From: Chiloscyllium plagiosum
Taxonomy: Eukaryota
Reading direction: 5' to 3'
Assembly: GCF_004010195.1 (NCBI RefSeq)
Contig: NC_057718.1
Location: 45,744,322-45,808,321, forward strand
Length of the DNA: 64,000 bases
Shown: piece by piece, positions 40,869-53,769 of the stretch
How positions within the stretch are numbered: position 1 is the stretch's first letter
Layout of the letters: each line of letters opens with the position of its first letter
Notes under the pieces: generated by a model
Told to the model about the DNA's origin: nothing
The model's database searches: none
What the model saw: only the letters and a program-made list of their open reading frames with translations
Translations under genes and position numbers: made by a program

Positions 40869-43800
40869 CTGGCCAATAGAACAAAAGGACTGATGAATCA
40901 TTTTCTTTAATTTCATCCAAATTTCCTGACCTCAATTCTGTACAGAGCAGAAATGTGCTGGTAGCGGTATATATGACATGATACATTTACTACAATTCAC
41001 CACAAATTCTATTTCAAATCAAACATTTTGAAAAATTTCTACTCCAATATCTCAAAATGGATTCAGATTTTTAAAAAACAAAACAAAAAAAATCTGCTTA
41101 AGCACTTTAAATCACCTGTATGAAAGCCTAAAAGGTTTATCTTAAATGGAACAGAATAATCTGTAGATTTGTGTATTTTGGTGAAAAAGTCTTTAAAGTC
41201 TGAAAAAATTCAAATCAAACTGATAACTAAATTATTTAAAACGTGATAAATCTCTGTGCTTTCAGACATTCCATTTCCATTTTCACTGGAAAATACACAG
41301 TTATGGAAAAAATGAACTATATAAAATTAAAGTTTGTTCTGTTCAACTTTTACTTTTGTAAATTTAATTCATATGGACCCTTAATTAACGAATCTGCTAA
41401 AGTACATCTATTTGTTCCACACATCATTCCGAGAATGCCAAGATGATATGACATTACTGATTGCACAAAATGAAAGATCACAGAACAAACCTAAATATAG
41501 GTTGACAGCATCCATTCATTCTTTTTTAAAACCTATATATAGGTAACTGCCAGTAAAAGGTTATCTATTGCTCTAGTACTAAGATATAGCTTCCTGTTTC
41601 ATACCCTACAAACAAAAAAAGTGACAACGGCATGACTAAACATGTACATCAAATTGTACAGTAATATTTATCAAAAGATTAGCTTTATAAAAGAAACATT
41701 ATAAAGAACTGGTTATAGATTTGTTTGCTTCTCATTTAATAAAAAAAATGATGTTTGGATGCCAAGTATGTAAGAATTCCTGCACATCCTCTGTCTCTTC
41801 AGAAAAAATATAAAAGTGTTCAGTGACAGAGCAAGAAAACATCAGACAAAAGCGTGGGAAAGGAAGGGAATGCATTTCTTTTAGGTCAGATCTTGATTTC
41901 CCAAGAACAGAAACACTGCTAAATGTTTGCAGTATTTCTCATATAAAGGCAAATCTAGATTCCTGGTTAACAAGCACAGAACTAAACCCATCCAGGTTTC
42001 AAGTGCTGATTCAACTGAACATAGGGTTTAGGTTTATAACCTATATAAACAACAAATCAAAATACATTTTTCATGCTAGATTTATCCTATGTGAAACTTT
42101 TACATCAGCTGAACAGTTGCCAAACACAGCATGCAGACATTTTTTGGAACAGCTCCCAACCCTTTCAATTTACCTGTAAAAATATCAAATGTTCCCCAAG
42201 ATCATAACTGTGATAATCCTCAGAGAAACACAATCTACCTAAGCAACTGTTTGCTTTCAGTATGAAATACATTTGTAATAGGCTTATCTCATGATGGGTT
42301 TTAAATCAGACCACTACCTCGGAGTGTGTGTGTGAGATGGGGGGTGGGGGGGGGGGGAAGAGAAAAAATTAGATTTCAGCTCTAAATTTCAGCATCCTTA
42401 ATGCAATATTTATAATTAATACAAAATAGCCATCAAAACTTACCACTGCTGATTAATTTGCATCTGGTAAAAGTTGCTGACCACTGAAAGTGTAAACATT
42501 CAACCAGCTAAGCATGTTTCCAGAATTATAATAATACAAATATTGCAGTCTTCACAGTTTATATGCACTGCCTTCTAGCAGACTTTAAAATTTAAATTTT
42601 GAAGACCTCAGTAGGGAAATCCATAGAAGACGGGGTTTTCTGATGCCACTACCATCTTAGAGAAACAATTTGAGTCGTCAAAGATGCAGAATACACCTAG
42701 AACCTCAAATATTTCAGGGGGGCCAATATCCATGACATTTAACTTGTTCGCCAAAGTACTACACTATACAGCAACCCTTTTTTAAAAAAAAACAAAATGT
42801 CAGTGCTACATGTGGAGAGCAGGATAAGGCAGGGAGATCTGGCAGGAGACTCCGAGCTGATGTGTTGTATGCATTTAAACATGATTGGCTTTTAATTACT
42901 CTCTCGGTAGACATATATTTTTTTAAAAAATCAATGCCTAGTCTTTAGCTCATTAAAACCTGGAAGAAGGAACATCTGTAATAATTCTACTCCTTGGGAA
43001 TAAAGTGGTTAGGTGAAGCAAGCACAAAATTCATTTTCCATTCAGAAATCGAGGTATATCATTCAGTAGTAAATCAGCAATGTGTTTATTAAGCTTCTGT
43101 TGTAAAAGACATAGCAGTTTTTTTTAAATTTCTGAGGGGAAGAATGAACAAACAAATTCAAGTAGATTTAGGCTTTGAACTGTTTGTGAGTAGAAAAAAT
43201 AAAAACGATAGTGTTATTAAAAAAGTATATTTTTATAAGTAAAGGTCTCAACTTACATAAAAGGTCATTGGAACTTTTAAAAAAGTCTTAGGAATGTGTG
43301 AAAACATTCTTAATTTTTGAGTCCTATCTAATAATTTATACTATGAAAATTGTTATTACCAGCACATTTCAAGTTTTGACTAATTATCAGCAGCTTTTGA
43401 CACAAATATCCTAAATCAAAAATTTACTGAGGCTAAATTTGTGACAAAGGAGTGTTGGCCTTTTAGTTCAACTTTCCAGAGAGAGACTAAGTACACGATA
43501 TTCTACACACCTGTCATGTGACATTAGTAGCAAGGTGTGTAATCAAGGGTACACAATTCTGTGCATAGAATGCCACACTTGAGAAAAATAACTTAAATAA
43601 TCACAGATGTTTTATAGCAATATCTTTTAAAACTTTACAGCCACTATAAAATGTAGATTCTTCATCTAAAGCCAATAAATAAGCCAGTTTCCTGATAATA
43701 TATAGGTGCTATAAATATAAGAAGGATCAAATAAATGCCACTCACTTGGAAGCATTTTCAAAAGTCTAATTGATACAACGGAATATTTAGGCAAATTAAA

Positions 43801-45813
43801 ATAACGCTTTATAAAGGTTGATAGATGTGAAAATGATTCTGCTACCTCAAACTCTATTGTTATGACACAGATGCTACTTTGAATCATTTCAAGAGAACCA
43901 GTGTACTTTAAATATTTCCATCTAACAATTTTTCCTGAAGTTCTTTGTGGATCTTTTTTGTTGAACAGCTGAAAAGCAGTAAAATCTGATTCTGCAGACT
44001 TGTGGTTTCATTATCCTGTGTATACAGCACAATTGTCATATTAATACATTCAAACTGTACTTCGCCAAATTATCAGATGAGAGTGAGCATGAAGAAGCCT
44101 GCATAGTGTTTCATCTTGCAACTTTTTTTAAAAAAATGAAAACAGACGTTTAACCAACAAAGGACGATAATGCCTTAAATTTACTCGGAGTAGCGTGGAT
44201 CTTAACTTGATCTCTAGTGATTTTGCTTCAGATTTGGTTGCAGACTGAAATATTTGCTTGTGAAAAAGCACAGACTCTTAGAATTGCTGCTCCCTCCTAA
44301 CTCGAAATTGCACCTGCCGTTTTGACACCGCGCACCTGTCTGACAGTGCCCATGCGCAGTTTCTGCCGAACGCCAACACCATTCAAAACCTTGCTTGCCT
44401 CTTAAAAAACAAATAAACAATCTGTCTTTAAGTGCTTACCAGCTCACTTTCAGCCGGAGCTGGGGCGGGCAGCCTTTAGGTAAACAATACCAAGGCAATC
44501 CTTCCGTTGGTTTGTCTGGGTTACGGGGCATCCAGCAGCTGGCTGGATAACATCAATATCGGGGACAATGTACAGGACTAGCAGGGATGCCAGCCACTTT
44601 GACCTGACTGTAAACGATTAAAAGCCAATTCTACAGAGGTCAGAGCCGAGTGGGATAAAAGCCCCAAGTCTTTTTCCAACTGCCCCAAAAAACGGCAATA
44701 CGCAAATATGAAGTAGTAAGAAGTATCAAGAGTTTCTTTTGGCCTACATTTACATACAGAATTAACAAGAACTGTTTAGGGGGAAGCTTCATTTAATCAA
44801 GCCACAAAATTGCATCGCCAAGATTCGTGATGCTGCACAATCCACCTTCTTAAAGTTGGTTACACTTTCTCGGCAGAGGCACTTCTTTCCCCTAACGCGT
44901 CTCGAAGTAAATACAACAGCCTTGTATTAAATCAAAATGAGTCTTCCCTACAAGTACTAGTGCTCCAACAGTTCTAACGCAGCAATTACAATGTTGCTTT
45001 CTGTTAATCGCTCCTTGTCAAAGCAAAACGATCTGACAGCACACCTCCACACTTAACACATTGGGAGCAGTGTCGGAGTTTCTTCGTTATTGTGATCGCA
45101 AACCGAACGAAACTACCATATTGAGATTCGGTGAATATTAAGAGCAGAATTGAAAATGGGTATGAGAGGGGGTGGGGGATGTTGACAAAGGACACCTTGT
45201 GACGACAACTTCTTTGTCCACATCTGACCATCAATGCAGCCGGGGGGGGGGGGGGGAGGCAAAGATCGGAAAATGTGTGACCCACTGCGCACTTTAAAAC
45301 GCCTTAATTTAATCACAGTCCCAAAGTTTTAATAAAACCCAGGCGTAAACACCATGCACGGCGAATCCAACGACACAATAGCTCATTTGCAAAATAAATT
45401 ATATCCCAAAAGAAAGCAAACCGAAACTAACACATCTGCACCAGGTCCGGGGGAAAAAAAAACGAAGTATCCATGCAAATCAAAAGCAAATCAGTTGCGC
45501 GACGAGACACGAAATACCTAGAATACAACACTTGACAAAAGACAAAGAGGCAGCAGATGATGGGACAAAAGAGTACAATGCAATATTTGGAAAACAAGCA
45601 GCTCATTGTGTACAAAACAGGGGGGGGGGGGGTAAAAGGGGGTTAGAAACACTTATTTCTCCGCTCCTCCTGTTCTCCAGCCAAAAATCTATATGGTTTT
45701 AACACAGCACAAAAAGAAATCCCGTCCGAAAGGTGCAGCAACTAGCTGCCGGCAAGCCGTTTAAAGTTTATGAAGGACGTGGAGAAAGGTAAGTAAGGGA
45801 CAAGGTTACTTAC

Positions 45814-45988
45814 TGTGTTGTAGTATTGGTCAGCGAGGAAGAAAGCTTTCTGCTTGCAGTAGGTAGGGAGAGAGACAGAGTGGAGGGTTGGTGAGGATAC
45901 TGGAGACCTCCAGGAGGCAGGGCTTCGCGCCGCTCTCTTCTCTCTGATTGTTAATTCTGCGCGAGCCGCTGAAGATACACTTCAAGAC
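45814..45988 (-). other. PROX1: Probable non-coding first exon of PROX1 (TSS approximate)
   Basis: CpG-rich segment just downstream of the promoter motif cluster, ending in donor ACA|GTAAGT (45813-45808). Contains no ATG. The 5' boundary is inferred. Confidence 0.6.
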
Positions 45989-45989
45989 G

Positions 45990-46345
45990 CGAGGAAGGAA
46001 ACAGGAAGAACACGCGTCATTGTCTTTGTGACGTCACCCCGCCGAACCAATCGCCGCCGCCATCGCTTCCGTCCAATGAGAAGGGACTTGGCGGTCGCCT
46101 TCAAAAATATTCCCTGGCAGCCAATCGGCGCGGGGTCTGGAAAGGGGGAGTCACGTGCTCCAGGGAATTGGGCTCTCGGTCTTCACTGCTCTTCCCTACC
46201 CCCTCCCCTCGCGCCACCACAACCTCCCCGCAGCCACTTTCCGCTCGGCGCTCGCTCCCTTCTCAATAGCGCGCGTGTCCCCTCTGCTCCCTCCCCCCCG
46301 CCACGCGCGCCCCCTCCAACACCTCCGCGCGCGCGCGCGCTCCTC
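45990..46345 (-). promoter_or_regulatory. CpG-island proximal promoter of PROX1
   Basis: Palindromic CRE GTGACGTCAC 46028-46037; CCAAT boxes at 46047, 46073, 46121; E-box GTCACGTG 46150-46157; ETS-like GGAA cores; C-rich tracts; (CG)7 run at 46326-46340. Confidence 0.8.
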
Positions 46346-49300
46346 TCCTTCAGCAACTTTGGGTTGGAGATGCTGAATCGCTCATAGCAACATAAACTGA
46401 TCTCTTTCCCATTTATCACAACCACAAAAAAAGGCTTTTCGATTGTCACATATGTTTCCCCGCGTTCGACTCGCATCATTGTCAACTTCAGTTGAAAAAC
46501 ATAAGAAAACTACATTCACCTATAAACTCTCTTCCCCACTATTACCACCCCCGCCAAAATGTACTGTAGGCTTGGAAAAGAGAAGTTGACAGCAGAACCA
46601 AACCAAATGGTGTGTCGACAATAGGCGTTAGAGGGGACTATTGACGGAAAAGCCAAAGTGGCGTTGGAAAAGGATGCGCAATCAATACTCGGGCAGCTTC
46701 CGGACTTCGGGAACTCTAATCTGTGACAGGGAAAGTTGGAAGTGAAGATAAGCAAAGTGCTGCAAGGGGTTAACACCCAATACAGGATGTGTCACTGTTT
46801 CCAAACTGAACTCTTAAATTTGGCGCTTAATGAGTTTTGTGGGACGGTAACACCGAAACTTGGAGGTACGCAGTTTGACCGGTGAAAATAACAGAAAGGT
46901 TGAGTAACTTTTTGCGTTCTGAAATCTGTACAGATATAAACCACTATAGTTCTGATTGAAAGTGATACTATCCTGTTAGATCATTGTCTTAGTCCCGGTT
47001 GTTCATTTTCCTAATTAAAAGTCAAGATCCCACCAAACACACAAAAATGTTCATATATTAGTTACTTGGAAGGGAGCGATGCACTTATCCGGTCGTGAGC
47101 CTGCAATATTGGTCCTTTTATGGTGCTGGCTGACGACTACAGTTAACCACATCTTACTTTGTGCCTCGCTTGTATATTAGTCATTGCCACGATCAAACCC
47201 ACGAATGTGTTATTTGCAGTGTAATTTGATAGCATTCACTGTCGTGACTCTAATCTGCGACGTATCTTCTGACAACAAATAAAAGACTTTCCAGAATTTC
47301 TACCAGATGGGTACGTATTTGGCCCATGGATATAATAGCGTAGTGGCAACATGGAAAAAAAGATATATCGCAAATGCCAAAATGTCATGTTATTCGAAGT
47401 TGGAGTAACCATTTGCGGATTAAGTGTTTAATAACAATAATACTTTGCCAATATGACTAAAAATCTTATCACAACAATTTTCTTGTACTTAAAGCCTCAT
47501 TAATTTTAAAAGCAATCCGGATTGTCATCTGATATTGCTGGGTGCCACGCTTCTGATTTTTAATCAATCTGTTCAGATGCGTTATGATATACTTCTGGGG
47601 CAGGAGGGACTTGAACCCGGGCCTTAGACTGAGAAATATTTTCAATCACAGACTTTATAAGCACAAGTGGGATACGATAATTATGTCACTCCTTATTCTA
47701 GACCTGTTAAGTATCGATCACTAGGTGCGAGATTTATGTATTCTATTTTAACATGTGGCGCTATTAAAAGGAAAACACCTCCTGGTTTTCGATGCGTGCC
47801 GGTTCTATTGATGCAAAGTAGTGGAAATCGGAATTCTTCTTTTAATGATGAAGCCATGCCTGGCAATCGTTTGTGGTAGATTTTTCCGTCCAGGAAAAGT
47901 TGATTTTCTTTTGCCTACGAAATGCTGGCATACGGACCAATGAATTCAAATTTAATAAAGTTTAACATCCTTTTTAATGACTACCAACATAGAAAGTGAT
48001 GAAAAGTCATTTTACCTGATGCCTCTGATGATTGTAGCTTTCCTCCGGTTATCTTGCACCTTCGGGAGCACTATAACTGGACTTCAACCTAAGAAAGCAA
48101 AGTGACAATTACTGATGTCAATTCCGATCTTTGCATACCGCAAAAATGAAGGATCCTCAAATCCCGTTGGCTCCGTCTATTGTGTCATGTCTTCTCATTC
48201 AACTGATCGAATAATGATTTACCAATTTGAAGTAATCAAGAAAGCAATAATGTGAAATAAATATCATCTAACTAAATAACGTTTATTTACATTAAATTAT
48301 TGCCATTGTCAATACATTTTTTAGATACGTTAAGAATATTGAAATTCTAATTGTTTAAATCGTTGACTTGTTAAAAGGACTTTTCTTTAGTACGTGGAAC
48401 ATCTCATCACATTCGGTTAAGCATTTCGTCTTTTGTAATGTCAGATGCCTATATATATCATCCCTCATCAACTATGTCTAACCGGTAACAATATTGACAA
48501 TTAATGTATCTCAGGATTAATTTGACACTGGTTATTGTTCAAAATTTTAATGGAGTAGCTTTTAACTTTAATTGTAATTTTAGAATTCTGGTTATAGTGA
48601 CACAAATGTAACTGAGTAAAACACAAGGAGAAGTGTGTCTAGGTATGCTGATGATAATTATTACATAAATCAAAAATAACATTGAAATTTTAACTTCGTA
48701 GGCATGAACTCCATGTTGTCCTTAGTTATTTCCAAGCGGAAGATATGGAAGTCAGCAGCCTTACTAGGGGAGCGGTCGTATTATAGTTTGTACCTGGGTT
48801 TATTGCGATAGAAGTATCGCTAAAACGTTATGTGTAGATTGCTAACCTAATATCACGAGACTGTTTAACGTTGAGCGGGACGTTATAAAAGTAGACTCAG
48901 CTATTTATTCCGAAATGTTTGGCTACAAGATTTTTGAAAAAAAAAGTATTGCTGATGGTTAATTGCGAAATCATTTAACGAGCGTAAAGATTTCTCGTAA
49001 TTAAAGTTACGTCTCTTCCCCATGCATAGTCAGCCACTGCTAGGCTGGCGTTATAGGAATTCAGTGTTGATGCGTTTAAAATCTGAGCAATATTCATTGA
49101 CTTTACCTACGATAATCGATGTTAGAGACTCCGGCTTACTTATTCAGTTGGGCTTTATAATACTCTACAGGTGCTTTTAAAGTCGCAACGCACAATGCCA
49201 CTAATAGCCATGGATTTCAATTTCTTCACATACATTGTATTTCTTCCCGCAGAGCGACTTTCCTTGTATTGCTGTAATATAGTTCAGTGGGTGATCGGTT

Positions 49301-50429
49301 ATGAAATGGCTATTTGAACTCTGGCCCTGAAAATACCCTATGGTCTGTATTTAATGGATTTTCGCCGGTAACGTTGAAGGTTACATTGCATACTGACAAA
49401 ATAGTTTTCACTTTCACAGAAAACTTGTAAAAAGCATCTAGCAGACGGGTGTACGGAACGTGAATCGGGAAACAATTAGAATCATAGTTTTCATGGTCTT
49501 GCTTTGTAGGCCTTCTGCTCCTGCATCGTGGCCCAGTGCAATGACCAAAAATTGTCTTTTCCGGTCCCAGATCGAATTCGAACTGTTTGAAGATGAGGAT
49601 TATCTGACTATCACACGACTTCCAATGGAGTTCTCCCAAGCAACAACTTTATAAATCCGAAAGGTACCCATTTCGATTTTGAGGTCCAATCTATGGAATG
49701 TTTGGATTCTAGATTGCTGCAAGTTTGAGATGGCGTGACCTAATGGATCTACATAAAATATATTAACATTTTAATTTGTAAATATTTTCCCCTTGTATCT
49801 CACCTACAGATGCACCCCTTATTCAAGGGCAACGCGTGCACTTTTTGAATATAATTCTTATTGTGATAAATGACTGATACACTAAACGTCATCATTAAGC
49901 AGAAAGCTATCTTCTGAAATTGGTAAAATTCCCCAACTCATTAACCCACACTACCAGAACTTCCTTTTGACAACGAGTGGATAAAGTAGAAGCACTTCAC
50001 ATTCCTTAATAATTATATTTTAAAATTAATAAGCAAAAAAATCCCTCACTTTCACATTAAAACTGTTCATTCTTATTTGAACACTCAGCTCTCTCATTTC
50101 TATCCATACAGAGAATGGGCAAGAATGAAAACACAAAAGAGTTTGGAAAAGTGAAAAAAAAGTGAAACCAGTGAGACAGTGAAGCTAATTTTACAAGTTT
50201 CAATTCATTAACATGCAATAAAATCTTTGATGCATTTTTAAAATGGGTGAACAAGAATATAGTTCTTTATAGAAACAAGAATACCAAATCAACTTTTTTG
50301 ACAGAAAATAGTCTCAATCTCAAGGCAGCTTTTATTTATGTGGGACTTCATACGTGATAAATGAGTTTTATGATGGAATTGTGTATAACATTAGTGTAAT
50401 TATGATTGAGACACTACAGGAAATATGTG

Positions 50430-50990
50430 CTTGCACCAAAGAGGGTGAATTTGAGATTTGCCAGGATATTGTCTGTGATGGAGTATTTCAGCTATGAAGA
50501 GATAGTTTGGGGTTGTTTTGCTTAAAGCAGAGAAGGCTGAGGGGAGACCTGATTAAGGTGTACAATGTTAGGAGAAGATAAGGTAGATAGGGAGAAAATT
50601 TTCCCAACAGTTAAAGGGCCACAAATCAGTAGGCACAGGCATTCTGATGAAGGGCTTATGCCCGAACCGTCAATTCTCCTGCTGCACGGATGCTGCCTGA
50701 CTTGCTGTGCTTTTACAGCACCACATTTTTCAACTCAGACACAGTTTTAAGGTAAGGAACAGGAGATTTAGATAGGATTTAAAGAAGAACCTTTTTCACA
50801 AAACTTTTGTTGCATAAAAGGGTTATAGAGGCAGGAACCTTCAAGACATTTAAAAAGAACTTAGATGAGCACTTGAAATGCATCGCATTCAGGCTACAAT
50901 GCCAAGTGTTGGAAAGTTGGATTAGCGTCCATGAATGCTGGATAACCTGTGTGGACATGATGGGCTGAAGGGACATTTTCAACACTGTTT
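50430..50990 (+). mobile_element. CR1-like LINE 3' end with a nested ~100-bp family-A terminal-repeat insert (50639-50736)
   Basis: AGAAGGCTGAGGGGAGACCTGAT...TGGGCTGAAGGG. Insert starts GCATTCTGATGAAGGGCTTATGCCCG and is flanked by AGGCACAG / AGACACAG. Confidence 0.8.
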
Positions 50991-51821
50991 AAATAAAAAA
51001 GGTCTTGGTTCTCATTTGTTCTATGCATAGAGTTTCTTACCAGCATCCCTGTGGCAGTATATGGATATATAGAGCCTACTATCAATTCTGAACTTTTATT
51101 ACACATCCTCCATTCTGGGATACTGCTACAAACATGCTGCAATATACAGTAGTGGGTGGTGACTCTGATGATGCTTGCCTGAATTTAAGGTATTGACTGT
51201 CAAAGAATGATGTTTACTGCATATCTCTGATCTTAAGGCAGATTGTTCAATATGATTTCTGAACAGTATGCCCAAATATTTTTTTTCTCTTTAAGTTCAG
51301 CCTCAACATCTTTATTTTCTTGTTTTGGAGAAGCCAGTGTTGGACTGGGATGGACAAAGTTAAAAATCACACAACACCCAGTTATAGTCCAACAGGTTTA
51401 TTTGGAGGCACTAGCTTTCAAAGCGGTGCTTCTTCATCAGGTGGTTGTGAAGCAGGACTATAAACACAGAATTTATAGCAAAAGATTACAGTGATACAAT
51501 GACACATTGAACAAACCTAGACTGTTAAGTCTTTCATCTTTTGGAACGGGTTTGGCGGTTTCGGTTCTTTAATATCTAAATCCCAGAACTTCTTTTAGTC
51601 ACATTCTCAAGATAACTTAAGGTTTTATAACAAGAGGTGACATCTCAGCTCTGACAATGCCTTAAAGATGTGAGTTTAGCGTCTCTCTGTATCCCAATCT
51701 TGAGAGGGACTGGTTCTATTTCCAAAGTGGAATTTACAAAATATTGCATGGATTGACTGCCTGCATTGACTGATTGCAGGTTCTGCATTTTTTGAGCAAA
51801 ATAGAATGTATCTGCAAATAT

Positions 51822-52286
51822 ACTTGAAAGAGTTCAGAAAAGATTTACAAGGATGTTGCCCGGATTGGAGGATTTGAGCTATAGGGAGAGGTTGAATAGG
51901 GGAGGGCTGTTTTCCCTGGAACATCAGAGGCTAAGGGGTGACCTTATAGAGGTTTATAAAATCATGAGGGGCAGGGATAGGATAAACAGACAAAGTATTT
52001 TCCCTGGAGTGTGGGAGTCCAGAACTAGAGGGCATAGGTTTAGGGTGAGAGAGGAAAGATATAAAAAAGACCTAAGGGGCAACATTTTCATGCAGAGAGT
52101 GGTACGTGTATGGTGGAGGTGAGTACAATTGCAACATTTAAAAGACATCTGATGGCTATATGAATAGGAAGAGTTTGGAAGGATATGGGATTGGTGCTGG
52201 CAGGTGGGACTATCTGGTTGGCATGGACAAGTTGGACTGAAGGGTCTGTTTCCGTTCTGTATATCTCTATGACTCTATGATTCTAT
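51822..52286 (+). mobile_element. CR1/HER1-like LINE 3' fragment nested in the fold-back element
   Basis: MLPGLEDLSYRERLNR..LFSLE..RLRGDLIEVYKIMRG..SRTRGH; (CTCTATGA)n tail. Confidence 0.92.
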
Positions 52287-52319
52287 AATTCTGCACATAC
52301 AAATTCACCCCATAAACTG

Positions 52320-52575
52320 ATGTTTGTGTGTGTGCAGGAGAGACAGAGTGAGTGTGTATGTAAGTGCATGTGAGAGAGTGTGTGTAAGCTTGGTAAAGTG
52401 TGTATGTAGATGTGCTGGGATATAAGCCTGTGAGAGGGTAGGCATTGGTATGAATGTGGGTGATGTATGTGTGTGCATATGAGAGAGAGGTTGTGTCTGA
52501 GAGAGGGTCTGTGTGAGTGTGCGAGTATGTAAGAATGTGTGTGTGTGTATGTGAGTGAGAGAGACAGAGAGAGTG
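52320..52575 (+). repeat. Degenerate (TG)/(GA) microsatellite tract inside the Penelope 3' region
   Basis: Read directly. Confidence 0.8.
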
Positions 52576-53512
52576 CATAGTTCCGGGGGGTCACCTGTAG
52601 TGTTACATGAACCCAAGGTCCCAGTTGAGGCCATCCCCATGGGTACCAAACTTGGCTATCAGCCTCTGCTCGGCCACTTTGCATTGTTACCTGTCCCGAA
52701 GTCTGCCTTGGAGGATGGTCACTTGAAGTTCCGAAGTCAAGTGTCCCTAACTGCTGAAGTGTTCCCTGACTGGGAGGGAACATCCCTGCCTAGATTTTAT
52801 TGTGTGGCGTCCATTCATCCATTATCGTAGCATCTGCTTGGCCTCAGCAATGTACTATGCCTCGGAGAATCCTTGCTTGCAACATATGAGATAGAAAATG
52901 TAGGATGAATCACATGAGTATGTGCCACATACATGTATGCCAGACTCTAACGTCATACCTTTAAGGCATTATCTGAGCTGAGATGTCACCTTTTATTATA
53001 AAACCTTAAGTTATCTTGAGAATGTGACTAAAAAAAGTTCTGGGATTTAGATATTAAAGAACCAAAACCACCAAACCCATTCTAAAAGATGAAAGACTTT
53101 ACAATCTAGGTTTGTTCAATGCATCACTGTATCTTTTGCTATAAATTCTGTGTTATTGTCCTTCTTCAGAACCACCTAATGAAGAAGCACCGCTTCGAAA
53201 GCTAATGCTTCCAAATAAACCTGTTGGACTATAACCGAGTGTTGTGTGATTTTTATTTATTTTCTTGTGCCATTGTGAAAATCTTTTCACTAGATGTTTT
53301 ACTGTGCAGCTTATTGTTTTTATGTTGGTAAAAATATAACCTAGAAAATTTCCAATCTTTTTCATAGTATTGAAAATGTATTTTTCACATCTGCACTTAG
53401 AACTACGTTTATTACTAACTTCATTTGAATATGTTTATGATCAAAATGTTCAGGCGTATAATTGCACAGTTTTGGAGCAGCTGGAACTTGAACCTAAACC
53501 TTCTGGCTCAGA

Positions 53513-53769
53513 TTTGGAGATGCCAGTGTTGGACTGGGGTGTACAAAGTTAAAAATCACACAACACCAGGTTATAGTCCAACAGGTTTAATTGGAAGCAC
53601 TATATTTCAGAGCGCTGCTCCTTCATCAGGTGGTTGTGGAAGCACTAGCTTTCAGAGCGCTGCTCCTTCATCAAGTCTCCACAACCACCTGATGAAGGAG
53701 CGACGCTCTGAAAGCTAGAGCTTCCAATTAAACCTGTTGGACTATAACCTGGTGTTGTGTGATTTTTAA
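53513..53769. mobile_element. 257-bp non-coding hairpin element (family B) with three hammerhead motifs
   Basis: Near-perfect inverted arms (53548-53640 vs 53678-53772). TSD CTTCTGGCTCAGA at 53500-53512 and 53770-53782. Confidence 0.92.

Larger units (their letters stand above)
51324..53255. mobile_element. 1.9-kb Penelope-derived fold-back element (family B) with a GIY-YIG C-terminal remnant on the minus strand
   Basis: 51360-51670 is inverted at 52960-53255. Perfect TSD TTTATTTTCTTGT at 51311-51323 and 53256-53268. Minus strand of ~52600-52860 gives frameshifted GEHFS..AEQRLIAKFGTHGDGLN-like peptide. Confidence 0.88.

Noticed and set aside
46028..46485. Overlapping Pro/Arg/Ala-rich ORFs at the promoter
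   Set aside because: Expected from stop-poor GC-rich sequence; no recognisable protein similarity.
52267..52830. His/Thr/Ser-rich ORFs
   Set aside because: Translations of a (TG)/(CA) microsatellite and frameshifted Penelope sequence.
53590..53730. CRISPR-like or microRNA-like repeat/hairpin
   Set aside because: Eukaryotic context, no unique spacers, and the sequence is shared with TSD-flanked Penelope termini elsewhere in the window.
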